Made by a program: the position numbers and the translations under genes
Part shown: piece by piece, positions 54,901 to 63,785 of the stretch
Position numbering within the stretch: position 1 is the first letter of the stretch
Layout of the letters: each line of letters starts with the position of its first letter
The notes under the pieces: generated by a model
Told to the model about the DNA's origin: nothing
What the model saw: the letters and a program-made list of their open reading frames with translations, nothing else
Database searches by the model: none
NCBI GenBank assembly: GCA_015061665.1
Contig: SUWC01000001.1
Location: forward strand, 35,737-99,736
Direction: 5' to 3'
Source: Lentisphaerota bacterium
GTDB taxonomy: Bacteria > Verrucomicrobiota > Kiritimatiellia > RFP12 > UBA1067
Length of the DNA: 64,000 bases

Positions 54901-57900
54901 GACGAGGACGGACTCCCCGACGGATGGGAAATGCAGTACGCCGGCATTCTCATGAACGGCGAGTCGGTAGCCGAAGGCGTGTTCCCGGCCGGAGCGCCCG
55001 ACGAGGACATATACGACGACATCAGGGCTGCGCTTGCTGCCTACAGCGGCAAGATGGCCGCGATCGACGAAGTCGCGACTGAAGACACAGAGTCCGAAGA
55101 AGAGGACTCCGAAGAGCAGGGCGAAGGCGACACCCTCGATACCGAGGAGGACGACACCGGCAACGCCAAAAACTACTACGTGATCATGGGCATGGACCCG
55201 ACGGTCGCAGACGCCGGAACGAAGCTCATCGTCGGTGCGCGCGATCTCGACTGGGATGGCGACGGACTCCAGAACTGGCAGGAGTACATGGTTCAGGCCA
55301 TGCGTCACTTCCGCTACGACGACTGCCGCACCCCGCTCATGGGCTGCGACATCCCCGGCTACGACGAAGCGCAGGGCAAGATTGTCCGCGGTGAGTGGCT
55401 TGGCGAGGACGGCTACCTCAAGATGAGCTTTGTCGAGCCCTACGAGGAGGCCCAGCTCGATACGATCGGCGATACGCTTGGCTACAAGAACTTCGCCGCG
55501 TACGCCAAGGCGAATCCCGACATGCTGCGCGCACTCGGCTACTTCGCCGATCCTCCGCGCGACTGGGACAAGGCGAAGGTCAAGCTCGGCTACAAGTACC
55601 TCCTGCCGCCGACATGCTACTACGACATGCCCAGGGAGACGTACGAGGACTTCGAGACGTGGGAGGACGAGTTCGGCTACGAGCATGAGCTCTTCGACCT
55701 GGTCGGCGCCGATGGCGTCGTCGTCACGAACGACTTTGTGTCGTACAGCGAGGAGACTGGCTATAGCTACACGTCCGTCTACTCGGAATACCAGGACGGC
55801 AAGTTCTACTACTACGTCCAGTGCGAGCATCCGGCTCATCCCGAGTACGGCGCCGAGGAGTGGTGGGAGGTCGTCCCGAGGACCGTCGAGGTCGGGCTTG
55901 GCATCGCCACGCAGACCTGCAGCACCCCCTACTACGTCTCGACCGACCCGAGGTTGTGGGATACCGACAACGACGGCATGGACGACTACTGGGAGCTCTA
56001 CCACGGCCTCAACCCGCTGCTCGGACACTACGGACAGCTTGCAGACGAGGATACGGGACTGCTTGGCGGAACCGTCAGCGACATCATCTACGACGCGTAC
56101 CTCTATGGATCGTGGACCTTCACGACCACGTCTGTCGGCTACGACGGAACGATTGATCCGCCCATCAAGCACGTCAGCGCATGGCAGAACGCGTGGGTTG
56201 GCTGGAACAACGTCGAGACGCCGCTCTTCGACCCGATCAAGTTCCCGTGGATGATGGGTACCTACGACTGCGACGCCGACGGCGACGGATTCAGGAACAC
56301 CGAGGAGACGATCCTCGCGAACATCACGACGCCTGGCACGAAGCACACCGACCCGACGCCGCTGTGGATGACCGACACCACTGCCGGAACGAACCTGGTC
56401 GAGTCCCTGACCCATGTCCAGATGGTCCTCACCAACAAGTTCGGGCGCATCGTGCGCGACGGCGCGACCGGACTGCCGGTGATGACCGACGGCGTTGTCA
56501 CGAACGAACCAATCGTGCTTACGAAGAGCCCGTCGTACACCGCGCTCTACTACGTCAACGAGCAGCCGGTGCCGGATAGCCGCAAGTGGCCTTCCTTCAT
56601 GACGCAGTACGTCACCGCGTTCGAGGAGAACGAAGGCTACGACACCGACTCCGACTTCAAGAGCGACGGACGCGAGACGGTCAAGGCCACGGAGCCCATG
56701 ACCGACCCGATCGACTTCTCCGACCCGGCTCGCCGCCAGTCGATGTACTTCGGCGGTCGCGACAACCCGGGCATTGCGATAAACTTCCGCTCGGTCGTCC
56801 GCAACTCGTTCGGACAGGACCTGTTCAAGCAGTTCACGGTCGAGGCTTGGGTGCGTCCCGCCGAGATCACCGACGAAGACCAGTGCGTCGTCAGCCGCGC
56901 GATTAACTACGCCGGCTGGGACCTCGTCAACTCCAACGCCGTCATCCGCAGCAACTTCGCGATCGGCGTCGACGCCGAGGGCCATGCCTACGCCGAGTTC
57001 GAGGATTCGACCAAGAGGTCCGTCAGGATCACGGGCGGCGACCTCGCGGTCGACGAGTGGACGCATGTCGCAGCGACGTTCGACGGAGCGGAGTTCGCCC
57101 TCTACGTCAACGGCAAGAGAGTCGACATCCAGGCCACGGGGCTCATCCCCGCCAACGGCGTCATGACGACGACGCAGGATCCGCAGTACGGCTCGTACCT
57201 CGGCTTCCCGTACTCGACCTACTACGTCGGGCCTGCCGCGACGATCATCGGCGCGAAGGCTACTGGCAAGGCCGCGTTCAACGCGGGGCTTGCCGCAGAG
57301 GCGACCGACTGGGGCGAGATCGCCAGCAGCTTCTTCAAGGGAAGCGTTGACGAAGTCCGCGTCTGGGACGGCGCCCGCAGCCAGAGCCAGATCAACTCCG
57401 CCTGGAAGGTCCGCCTGTCCACGGAGCAGGTCAAGAGCATGCGCGAGACCGTCTTCAACCAGTTCAAGAACGGGGCGCGCAGAAACGACGGCACGTATAG
57501 GGACATCCTTGATCCCGAGCTGATCCAGCACTATACGTTCAGCACTCTCCCCGGCGCGACCGAAGAGGCAAACGTCCAGAGGATCGTCCCCGGCTTCCAG
57601 GCGAACGTCCTCGCGACCGTCCAGTCGCCTACCGACGGCTCGGTTCTGGAGAACCAGGTGATGGTCGGCTGGTGGCGCGACATCCTCTCCAACGAGGAGC
57701 TCAGCGACGACGCGGTCTACAACAATCCGTGGACGGTGCCGTGGATCCAGAATACGGTCAACCACCTGCCGCGCCTTGCCGGTACGTTCAGCGACAGCAT
57801 GTACTGGAGCGAGCAGTACGCCGGCTACACGCCCGCGTCCTTCCAGAACGTTGACAAGTTCGAGATCGCGAACGCGATGAACCCGTACACGCTCGAGCAG

Positions 57901-60900
57901 GACGACTACACCGACTCCTTCCTCCTGATGAAGCTGCGCCGCCTTGCGGTCTCCGGCGGAGCCGCCAACATGCTCTCCCGCTTCAGGTACGACCTGACTC
58001 ACGAGTTCACCGGAACCGACGACCTCGTGCCGGTTGGCTATGCGTTCGCGAAGCGCCTTGAGGAGACGTGGGACGGCCAGGGTCCTGAAGACGCCTGGAT
58101 GGTGACGTCCGATGGCGCGGTCGGCCTTGACGCCGATCCCGAAGACACGGGCATCCCGGTCTGGGCGCGCGACGCCTATCCCGACGCGGCCTCCTACTGG
58201 TACGCGGTCGCCAAGGGCCTCCTGCCCGACGGCGTGCTGCATCCCGAGTTCAAGAACCTCGTCGACGACGATGCGGACGGAATGCCCGACTGGTGGTCCA
58301 ACTTCTACTCGGTGCAGGGCGCGGCGTCCGACGACGACGACCTTGACGGCCTGAGCAACTACACCGAATACCTCCTCTCCGACGTGTTCGACCTCGGCGT
58401 CAGGTTCGACCCGAGGAAGTCGCACTCCGTCAGCAAGTACGAAAGCGACTACTTCTTCAAGATCGGCCAGCTCTACGCGGGCGAGATCTTCACCGACCAC
58501 GACATGATGGAGGACTTCTGGGAGAAGATACTCGGCACGGCCTACGTCAGCCGCTACCTCTGGGATGCCAAGACCGGCATTTCCGACAACGACGAGGACG
58601 GCTGGACGGCGTTCAGCGAGTGCCGCTACAACGAGTTCGTCTCGGGCATCCAGTCCAAGTTCATCAGCCACCAGGTCAATGCTGGCGAGGTGACGGACTA
58701 CCCGATTCCGACTGTCTCGGCCACGATCCGCTACAACGGAACGCAGCGCCTCTCCGAGGCCGACGCCACCAGCGCGACGGCGACGAACACAGTCGTTCCT
58801 CTCGTGGTCAAGGCGTACCGCCGCGGCACCACGACGCAGGCGAAGGGCGCGCTCAGCGACGCGCAGTGGACGATCTATCCCGGCCAGGCGGTCGAACGCG
58901 TCCAGAACCTCGGCATCTGGAGCGACAGGGTTGTCCATGGAACCCTCACGCCCGGCAACATCGACCCGAACTCCGTCGAACTCGAGTTCTCGTCCTTCCT
59001 CGGCAACGACCTCTACGTCTGGGAGATCTACGAGGAAGACGGCGTGACGCTGCGCGGCATGACGAACGGCACATACGAGGAATACCTCGAGTGGGTCGAC
59101 GCGTACGGCGTCTACGGCACGACGTACTACTCCGCCAGCGGGTTCAGGCCCGGGCGCATCAAGCTCCAGGTCGGAACCTCCGACTGGGCGAGCTTCACGG
59201 ATGACTTCGACATCACCGTCACGTCGGACGAGACGACCGAGAACGGCTACATCTGCTTCCAGGGAACCCGCGTCGGAACGATCAACCTCGTCACCGGCGA
59301 GTATGCGCTCGACCTCAAGAACTTCGAGCACTCCTCCCTCGGCGGCAGCACGAACGGAACGACGACGATCGTCAACTCGCTCGTCCGCATCAGCTACAGC
59401 GCGCAGGTGCCGACTCTCCAGTCGCAGAAGCTCAACCTCTACCTCGGGCGTCCCGACACGGGCGCTCTGCGCGAGGGCAGCAACGACTTCGTCGCGTTCT
59501 ACGACCTCGACTCCGACGGCGAGCTCACGCCCGGCGAGCCCTTCGGCTACATCCGCAACGTCGCCGTCAGCTGGTACAAGCCGTCCTTCGAGCTCGAGCT
59601 CACGGACTACAGCCCGGTCACGACGCGCATGAACCTCTGGGAGGGCCTGGCCGACAGGAAGCTTGCGCCGGTCGACGCCGTGTCCACGGACGACCCGCGG
59701 TTCAACGTCAGCACGAACCTCGAGCACGTCCTTGAGGCCGCCGTCGAGAACGACGAGAAGTACCTCCGCTACCGCGTCGCGCGCTGGACGGTCGACGGCT
59801 ATCCGCGCAACCTCGCCGGATTCCCGGCGCGCGAGGTCGCCTCCGGCTACGTCAACATGCTTGACGCGACGTGCCTCACCGAGCGCGAGATACTCGCCAA
59901 CGGCGACCTTGACCTCGACTGGGACTACTTCGCCGAGATCAGCGGCGCAGACGCGGTCGATCTGCTCGGCATCGACGTCACGAACGTCACGTATCTCGTC
60001 GTGATCGGCGAGGAGGGCACGTCGAGCTTCGAGAGGAACAGCAGCACGAACGACATCAGCGCGTTCAGCTACGTGATCTCCCGCCGCTTCGATGCGACGA
60101 GGGCGAAGGCGGTCCCGACGAACAACGCCCTGACGATGGTCGGCGCGCGTCCGAAGTTCAGCTGGAAGATCTCCGGCGAGAGCGACTGGGCGAAGGCGTT
60201 CGGCTCCAGCTACACGGCGTTCTCGCTGCGCGTGCTCGATTCCGCGAACAACGTCGTCTACAGCTCCGGCAACATGCGCATGCCCGCCTGCGACCGCAAC
60301 GGCGTCTACACATTCGAGCCGCCGATCTACGCGGACAGCGAGCTCAAGCCTGACGAGAGCTACACCTGGCAGGTCTCGATCAAGAACTCCAAGTTCAAGA
60401 GCGACTCCTGGTCGGAGAAGGCGAACCTCTACGTCAACACGCTCCAGAACAGCGACGAGTACGGCTCGATCGGCGTCTGCGCGAAGTACTTCGGACCCGA
60501 CAGCGTCCTCTCCGGCGGCAACATCGTCGTCGAGGCGTTCACGACGCCTGACTTCACGGGCGACCCCGCGGGACGCCACGTCATCAGGGCGAACTCCGGC
60601 AAGGCAAAGGCCGCCGCGTTCGACGTCGAGCACGAGGTCAACGCGACGATCATCGGCCTGCCGAAGGGCAAGTACTATGTCCGCGCGTACATCGACTCGA
60701 AGAAGTACGGCACGCAGTCCACGCGCCAGAGCTGGGAGTCCTGGGGCTACGCCTGCCCGCGCGAAAACGCGGTCAACGAGTGGATCTACTCGCCCACGGT
60801 CGTCGAGATCGGCAGCAAGCGCGATGCGGGTGACCTCGTCGACGTCTACATCGAGGACGTCGACACGAACCAGAACGGCCTGCCCGACGCGTGGGAGATG

Positions 60901-61494
60901 ATCAACAACGACGGCTCGCTCGACACGTCGGTCGAGACGATCGACGGAACGATCAGCGGCGTCGTCATCAACGACGCGCTCAACGGAGAGCTCACCACCG
61001 CCCAGGGCGACGGATCCGAGGCTGCGGGCCTTGCGGCCCACGCGCTCAACGCGATCAAGAACGCGGGCATCGCGGTCCTGGCGCTCGACGTCGATCCGTC
61101 CGGCAAGTCCAGCTACTCGGCGGCGCTCGTCGGCGTCGAGAGCGACACCGAGGCTGAAAGCTCCGGCAAGATCACGTCCATCGCGTTCGTCGACGGCAAG
61201 CTCGTCATCACGGCCGACGTCGACAGCACGGTGACGACGACGACTGGCGGCAGCTCCGGTCCTGAAAGCACGATCTGGACGACTTCCGGCTCGTCGGGCT
61301 CCGTCACGGTCAACGCCAAGGTCCTCTACAAGAACAACCTCTCCGAGGCCGATTGGAAGGACACGGGCGTGTACGTGACGCTGACCGTCTCCGAGGACGG
61401 AACGCAGTCCACCGGCGACATGGACCTCTCCGAGTTCCTCGAGTCGAAGGGCAACCCGGCGCAGATGTTCTTCTCGATCGCCGTTGAGAAGTAA
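48934..61494 (+). CDS. Giant secreted/cell-surface protein (4186 aa) with multiple thrombospondin-type-3-like Ca-binding repeats and a LamG domain
   Basis: Signal peptide MKAKILKTLALAFGLATASLGFA with SD AGGAAGGGG. At least 12 D-x-D-x-DG-x-x-D-x-(W/Y)-E motifs (for example DTDGDGMADGYEYYFW, DTDGDGVPDGWELY, DTDNDGMDDYWELY). LamG region (W-THVAATFDGAEFALYVNGKRV...GSVDEVRVWDGARSQSQI). Confidence 0.85.
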   Translation: MKAKILKTLALAFGLATASLGFAGDIYEIRPCDEFGAAKTYDLSLANPAGSGENLYFLIRLNNRYDTATSSYVPWKLNYKGLSSASTAVRPQIGIYVSGRPYFATMEQDPKAKSDAFTDLIFKYTTQPGDFALPIRLATSAGPADIKQGDGNEYAWYGLTTDNWSLTTGEGASAEEVTLSFGNPAQPVAAPDGARIADYTLEQAQFFVQTIFFDTKWESDDGSAWRYVHQDSNITSNYTPSVVLPAASTEARTLYVWSMNDEAVYVKGGTEKSMKHPDGETRLTKVGTLTIPGGATSVSFDSCGLDLWGVAEGESAQLVLSAFDEYYTSSADGTIVEDFITVPVKCVEPMPATVAVTVDPETARANSASHLNRAATLTVYLTQPLEQDIDVTITPDIAGQTLDMTKYVKMSTSATSVKTINALSDTVTVTLPKNTSGAANGVPVYVYTLRADEFTSGGSTIDFIPSVSAEDIAATGLSPDAFQVAALEVVADPTVIVAPSAGSEIGATSGVEKEIEIELADTYAHTQLVPGTDSGYTIQFKQNDASTWVDLAGEYYIGAGNVLRDADGKLPKIRYTTSSVGRTTGDTFNSSFRIIEPINNGKVEVSVLATVQAPKTVILGTDRKTYDEGDTGEFSIALNEPNDTGASLWAYVVAVNDGAKKGDFRAEGYDFVITSDMTDTEKAAATGLEIPADTTAVSGDVTFLDGGYNGSKFYFKVVLCTTANYDESAIVSGYNCEQTNVTVNNVEPTIARVELNNEPPDDTGTYPSTYPVGIEQTLTVKVNDPGQYDLTATEEADKFRVKWTVKRTGGAAYIQELTGNPDDMELKYAFPAAGTYTITVQVQDKDMRDWAELKSETYVVIIDQPQLTVTLPNEGVFFENEKRVQIKVGLGGYFASTEPIVVMVKVNSLAAAGAPNPGKFKLDSALLTAPAGYEAYAAADTYFLTFNSADALDVYVEEMDGTDDSSGKGFLIVASVLNDSVSTDPTKTWAEYYKTNNRAVAYVENAEPVVTAPEENGTNYWTTAKTISWSIKGTGDIPADFAGIAAFPGIRVQLTGDLTNPVDEYITEGKSYSVTPDFGTGTGRLDVYLTVTDKDGGEFTRVYSYNMPATKTLTTNATGPGSGNGKIPVSQTYAAADGLGAGHVYVLGTGVEPLAANSWTVDWNCKNLNTVNIYAYGYKVGAIEDGTLDAGRDIAMNPWGGLWTTGDWYTYVDGQNRDSFPYAWILAGGSSGGEEASYVAYVAPKYGADVAQISPFSLPTQTLEDGSGYPVSYVEAVFAREWRAGDNMGDINGDGVPDYFALAKAYKGGYLATADGLGSELPGINNLNDDADFYPIARLIGADKLVPNPTSQWSRVDIGQPFTTRLEIRGFHDGLNYGMFKVDAREASDGWVSDLDLSVPEKLALVRHAEATGGELAEALLGTYNADDVENWLTTDDQQEAAKRYIDSTWANYKAGDATTWGFTVENRTDPTVADTDGDGMADGYEYYFWYAATVGFDAAKGPVKGMRFTLNPATFETGVEIPSEEIALIFNPNVVIDWTKQDTDNDGLYDWEEMLIGTSPIFWDTDGDGTSDFYETYFNINPIAADNDSVNGNMNLDGDFMAKAKVGTKRDTGATIPIIDTGYFWLYTATDGTMWAFEDLLALDTTEESAQVTAVAFQVAPFNGGYIPTTENTRPNNLFRTRTVEVNTTVQPVGSTVDLYHHQVYRFWGFDPRTGWYRNNQGLVNGRWIKSGTAGTAVNTVDYTARDEFRLLEYRYIVGLRSYQADEADIAADKNTIAGIVASATTNPNTPFDGRVWGDYSDKPYGQAQHGADTDGDGVPDGWELYVGVNPNIKWTIPAGPGCDVLYRTSTTYNDGTPRPYLATTDADRDTYDSDKLSTLVAEYAGTDSCGCYEACDTIYANHPSKADGCMYRWYNKFFPTDPRDPDTDGDTVIDGEEGAKWTTGFVFNRWGQNGTKRTNHFTVYGLPHDNGGICIPGGGMSPTTIDTDEDGLPDGWEMQYAGILMNGESVAEGVFPAGAPDEDIYDDIRAALAAYSGKMAAIDEVATEDTESEEEDSEEQGEGDTLDTEEDDTGNAKNYYVIMGMDPTVADAGTKLIVGARDLDWDGDGLQNWQEYMVQAMRHFRYDDCRTPLMGCDIPGYDEAQGKIVRGEWLGEDGYLKMSFVEPYEEAQLDTIGDTLGYKNFAAYAKANPDMLRALGYFADPPRDWDKAKVKLGYKYLLPPTCYYDMPRETYEDFETWEDEFGYEHELFDLVGADGVVVTNDFVSYSEETGYSYTSVYSEYQDGKFYYYVQCEHPAHPEYGAEEWWEVVPRTVEVGLGIATQTCSTPYYVSTDPRLWDTDNDGMDDYWELYHGLNPLLGHYGQLADEDTGLLGGTVSDIIYDAYLYGSWTFTTTSVGYDGTIDPPIKHVSAWQNAWVGWNNVETPLFDPIKFPWMMGTYDCDADGDGFRNTEETILANITTPGTKHTDPTPLWMTDTTAGTNLVESLTHVQMVLTNKFGRIVRDGATGLPVMTDGVVTNEPIVLTKSPSYTALYYVNEQPVPDSRKWPSFMTQYVTAFEENEGYDTDSDFKSDGRETVKATEPMTDPIDFSDPARRQSMYFGGRDNPGIAINFRSVVRNSFGQDLFKQFTVEAWVRPAEITDEDQCVVSRAINYAGWDLVNSNAVIRSNFAIGVDAEGHAYAEFEDSTKRSVRITGGDLAVDEWTHVAATFDGAEFALYVNGKRVDIQATGLIPANGVMTTTQDPQYGSYLGFPYSTYYVGPAATIIGAKATGKAAFNAGLAAEATDWGEIASSFFKGSVDEVRVWDGARSQSQINSAWKVRLSTEQVKSMRETVFNQFKNGARRNDGTYRDILDPELIQHYTFSTLPGATEEANVQRIVPGFQANVLATVQSPTDGSVLENQVMVGWWRDILSNEELSDDAVYNNPWTVPWIQNTVNHLPRLAGTFSDSMYWSEQYAGYTPASFQNVDKFEIANAMNPYTLEQDDYTDSFLLMKLRRLAVSGGAANMLSRFRYDLTHEFTGTDDLVPVGYAFAKRLEETWDGQGPEDAWMVTSDGAVGLDADPEDTGIPVWARDAYPDAASYWYAVAKGLLPDGVLHPEFKNLVDDDADGMPDWWSNFYSVQGAASDDDDLDGLSNYTEYLLSDVFDLGVRFDPRKSHSVSKYESDYFFKIGQLYAGEIFTDHDMMEDFWEKILGTAYVSRYLWDAKTGISDNDEDGWTAFSECRYNEFVSGIQSKFISHQVNAGEVTDYPIPTVSATIRYNGTQRLSEADATSATATNTVVPLVVKAYRRGTTTQAKGALSDAQWTIYPGQAVERVQNLGIWSDRVVHGTLTPGNIDPNSVELEFSSFLGNDLYVWEIYEEDGVTLRGMTNGTYEEYLEWVDAYGVYGTTYYSASGFRPGRIKLQVGTSDWASFTDDFDITVTSDETTENGYICFQGTRVGTINLVTGEYALDLKNFEHSSLGGSTNGTTTIVNSLVRISYSAQVPTLQSQKLNLYLGRPDTGALREGSNDFVAFYDLDSDGELTPGEPFGYIRNVAVSWYKPSFELELTDYSPVTTRMNLWEGLADRKLAPVDAVSTDDPRFNVSTNLEHVLEAAVENDEKYLRYRVARWTVDGYPRNLAGFPAREVASGYVNMLDATCLTEREILANGDLDLDWDYFAEISGADAVDLLGIDVTNVTYLVVIGEEGTSSFERNSSTNDISAFSYVISRRFDATRAKAVPTNNALTMVGARPKFSWKISGESDWAKAFGSSYTAFSLRVLDSANNVVYSSGNMRMPACDRNGVYTFEPPIYADSELKPDESYTWQVSIKNSKFKSDSWSEKANLYVNTLQNSDEYGSIGVCAKYFGPDSVLSGGNIVVEAFTTPDFTGDPAGRHVIRANSGKAKAAAFDVEHEVNATIIGLPKGKYYVRAYIDSKKYGTQSTRQSWESWGYACPRENAVNEWIYSPTVVEIGSKRDAGDLVDVYIEDVDTNQNGLPDAWEMINNDGSLDTSVETIDGTISGVVINDALNGELTTAQGDGSEAAGLAAHALNAIKNAGIAVLALDVDPSGKSSYSAALVGVESDTEAESSGKITSIAFVDGKLVITADVDSTVTTTTGGSSGPESTIWTTSGSSGSVTVNAKVLYKNNLSEADWKDTGVYVTLTVSEDGTQSTGDMDLSEFLESKGNPAQMFFSIAVEK

Positions 61495-61519
61495 GTATCA
61501 AGCAAGAAAGAAAGCTCAA

Positions 61520-62659
61520 ATGAAAGCAAAGAAGACAATTCGCAAGGTTCTCGTAATCAACTCAGGGTCCAGCTCGCTCAAGTACCAGCTCTTCGACATG
61601 ACGAAGGGCGAGCGGCTGGCGAAGGGCCTGGTCGAGCGCATCGGCTGCGGCGGGCCCAAGGACCACACGGCCGCGCTCAAGAGCGTGGTCGAGGCCCTTG
61701 GCTGCCCGAAGGACATCGACGCGATCGGCCATCGCGTCCTCCACGGCGGCGAGGTGTTCAAGGACTCGGTGCTGATGACGAAGGCGAACATGAAGAAGTG
61801 CAAGGCGCTCGTCAAGTTCGGGCCCCTGCACATGCCGGCGAACCTCGGCGGCATCGAGGCGTGCGAGAAGATATTCAAGGGCGTGCCGAACGTCGCCGTC
61901 TTCGACACGGCGTTCCACCAGACGATGCCCGACTGCGCGGCGATGTACGCGATCGACCCGAAGTACTACAAGAAGATGGGAATCCGCAAGTACGGCTTCC
62001 ACGGCACCTCGCACAAGTTCATCGTCGAGGAGGCCGCGAAGTTCCTCAAGAAGCCCGTCTCGAAGGTCAACCTCGTCACGTGCCACATGGGCAACGGGTC
62101 GTCTCTCGCCGCCGTCAAGGAGGGCAAGTGCGTCGACACTTCTATGGGCCTCACGCCCCTCGCGGGCATGGTGATGGGCACGCGCTGCGGCGACATCGAC
62201 GCGGCGGCGGTCCTTTCCATCATGGAAGCCGAGAAGCTCACGCCCGCCGAGGCGGATACGCTCCTCAACAAGAAGTCGGGACTCCTCGCGCTCACGGGCT
62301 CGAGCGACTGCCGCGACATCTGCTCGAAGGCCGAGAAGGGCGACAAGGCGGCCGAGCTCGCGCTTGAGATGCTGGCCTACCGCACGGCGCTCTACATCGG
62401 CGGCTACAACACGATCATCGGCGGCGCCGACGCGATCATCATGACGGGCGGAATCGGCGAGAACTCGTCCGAGGTCCGCGAGCGCATCATCAACCGCCTC
62501 GGGGCGCTTGGCATCAAGCTCGACAAGCGGGCGAACAAGAAGTCCCACGGCGTCACGGCGGTGCTCTCCGCCAAGGGCTCGAAGATCCCCGTGATCGCGA
62601 TCCCCACGAACGAAGAGCTCATGATCGCAAGGGACTGCGTGAGGGTGCTTGGAAAGTAA
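61520..62659 (+). CDS. ackA: Acetate kinase
   Basis: MKAKKTIRKVLVINSGSSSLKYQLFDM canonical start. Track ORF is extended 36 nt 5'. Confidence 0.9.
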   Translation: MKAKKTIRKVLVINSGSSSLKYQLFDMTKGERLAKGLVERIGCGGPKDHTAALKSVVEALGCPKDIDAIGHRVLHGGEVFKDSVLMTKANMKKCKALVKFGPLHMPANLGGIEACEKIFKGVPNVAVFDTAFHQTMPDCAAMYAIDPKYYKKMGIRKYGFHGTSHKFIVEEAAKFLKKPVSKVNLVTCHMGNGSSLAAVKEGKCVDTSMGLTPLAGMVMGTRCGDIDAAAVLSIMEAEKLTPAEADTLLNKKSGLLALTGSSDCRDICSKAEKGDKAAELALEMLAYRTALYIGGYNTIIGGADAIIMTGGIGENSSEVRERIINRLGALGIKLDKRANKKSHGVTAVLSAKGSKIPVIAIPTNEELMIARDCVRVLGK

Positions 62660-62729
62660 TGTTGGCGGCTGATGCCGACGGCAATCGAAGCAAACCGCTG
62701 AACACAGGCAAATAGAAGGCAAAATAAAA

Positions 62730-63767
62730 ATGAACGCAATCAACGAAATCATCGCGCGCGCCTCGGCGCTCAACAAGACGGTCGTGCTCCCCGAGGGCAT
62801 GGACGCGCGCGTCATAACCGCCGCGTGCGCATGCGTCGACCGCAAGATCTGCACGCCAATCGTGCTCGGCACGGCGGAGGAGATCGCCGTCGCGGAGGCG
62901 TCGGCCGGACTCAGCCTCGCCGCGCGCGGCATCAAGACGATCGACTACACGCAGGGCGACGAGGAGCTCGAGAAGGCGTATCTCGAGGCCTGGAACGCAA
63001 AGGAGTCCAAGAAGCCCGCCGAGAAGCAGAAGATCATCGACCTCGCTGCCGCTCAGAAGACGCTCCGCACGAAGCGCATCTACTTCGGCGGAATGATGGT
63101 CAAGCTCGGGCGAGTCGACGGACTCGTCGCCGGCTCGATCGCCTCCACGGGCGACATGCTGCGCGCGGCGTTCCACACGCTCGGAACGCAGAAGGGCGTG
63201 AAGACGGCGTCTAGCTGCTTCATCCTAGACCTCCAGAACCCGACGCCTGCGGGCGACAGCGTGATCGCGTTCGGCGACTGCGCGGTCATCCCCAACCCGA
63301 CGTCCGAGCAGCTCGTAGACATCGGCCTTGCGACTGCGGCGACTTACCGCGAGCTCACGGGCAACGAGCCGCGCGTGGCGTACCTCTCCTTCTCCACGAA
63401 GGGGTCGGCCGCGGGCGATCTCGTCGAGAAGGTCCAGAAGGCGGTCGAGCTCGCGAAGCCCCGCTTCGCCGAGGCTGGGATCAAGATGGACGGCGAACTC
63501 CAGTTCGACGCGGCCATCGTTCCTTCCGTCGGGCAGCTCAAGAACCCGAAGGGCGAGATACAGGGCAACGCCAACGTCTTCATATTCCCCGATCTCCAGG
63601 CCGGCAACATCGGCTACAAGATCGCGCAGCGCATCGGAGGCGCGGTTGCGATCGGACCGAACCTCCAGGGCCTCGCGAAGGCGATGAACGACCTTTCGCG
63701 CGGATGCTCCGCCGAGGACATCGTCGGAACGATCTGCGTCACGCTTCTCCAGTCGACGACAAAGTAA
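62730..63767 (+). CDS. pta: Phosphate acetyltransferase (short, PTA_PTB domain only)
   Basis: 345 aa; VVLPEGMDARVI...; C-terminal GPNLQGLAKAMNDLSRGCSAEDIV; follows ackA. Confidence 0.85.
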   Translation: MNAINEIIARASALNKTVVLPEGMDARVITAACACVDRKICTPIVLGTAEEIAVAEASAGLSLAARGIKTIDYTQGDEELEKAYLEAWNAKESKKPAEKQKIIDLAAAQKTLRTKRIYFGGMMVKLGRVDGLVAGSIASTGDMLRAAFHTLGTQKGVKTASSCFILDLQNPTPAGDSVIAFGDCAVIPNPTSEQLVDIGLATAATYRELTGNEPRVAYLSFSTKGSAAGDLVEKVQKAVELAKPRFAEAGIKMDGELQFDAAIVPSVGQLKNPKGEIQGNANVFIFPDLQAGNIGYKIAQRIGGAVAIGPNLQGLAKAMNDLSRGCSAEDIVGTICVTLLQSTTK

Positions 63768-63785
63768 GGAAGAGCAAGGAAGAAG

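Noticed and set aside
50299-61041. 3580-aa ORF on the minus strand, antisense to the second megaprotein gene
   Set aside because: Its translation is R/V/D/L-rich low-complexity with no motifs. Stop-free antisense frames are expected in 65% GC coding DNA. The plus-strand ORF has a signal peptide, SD, and TSP3 and LamG motifs.
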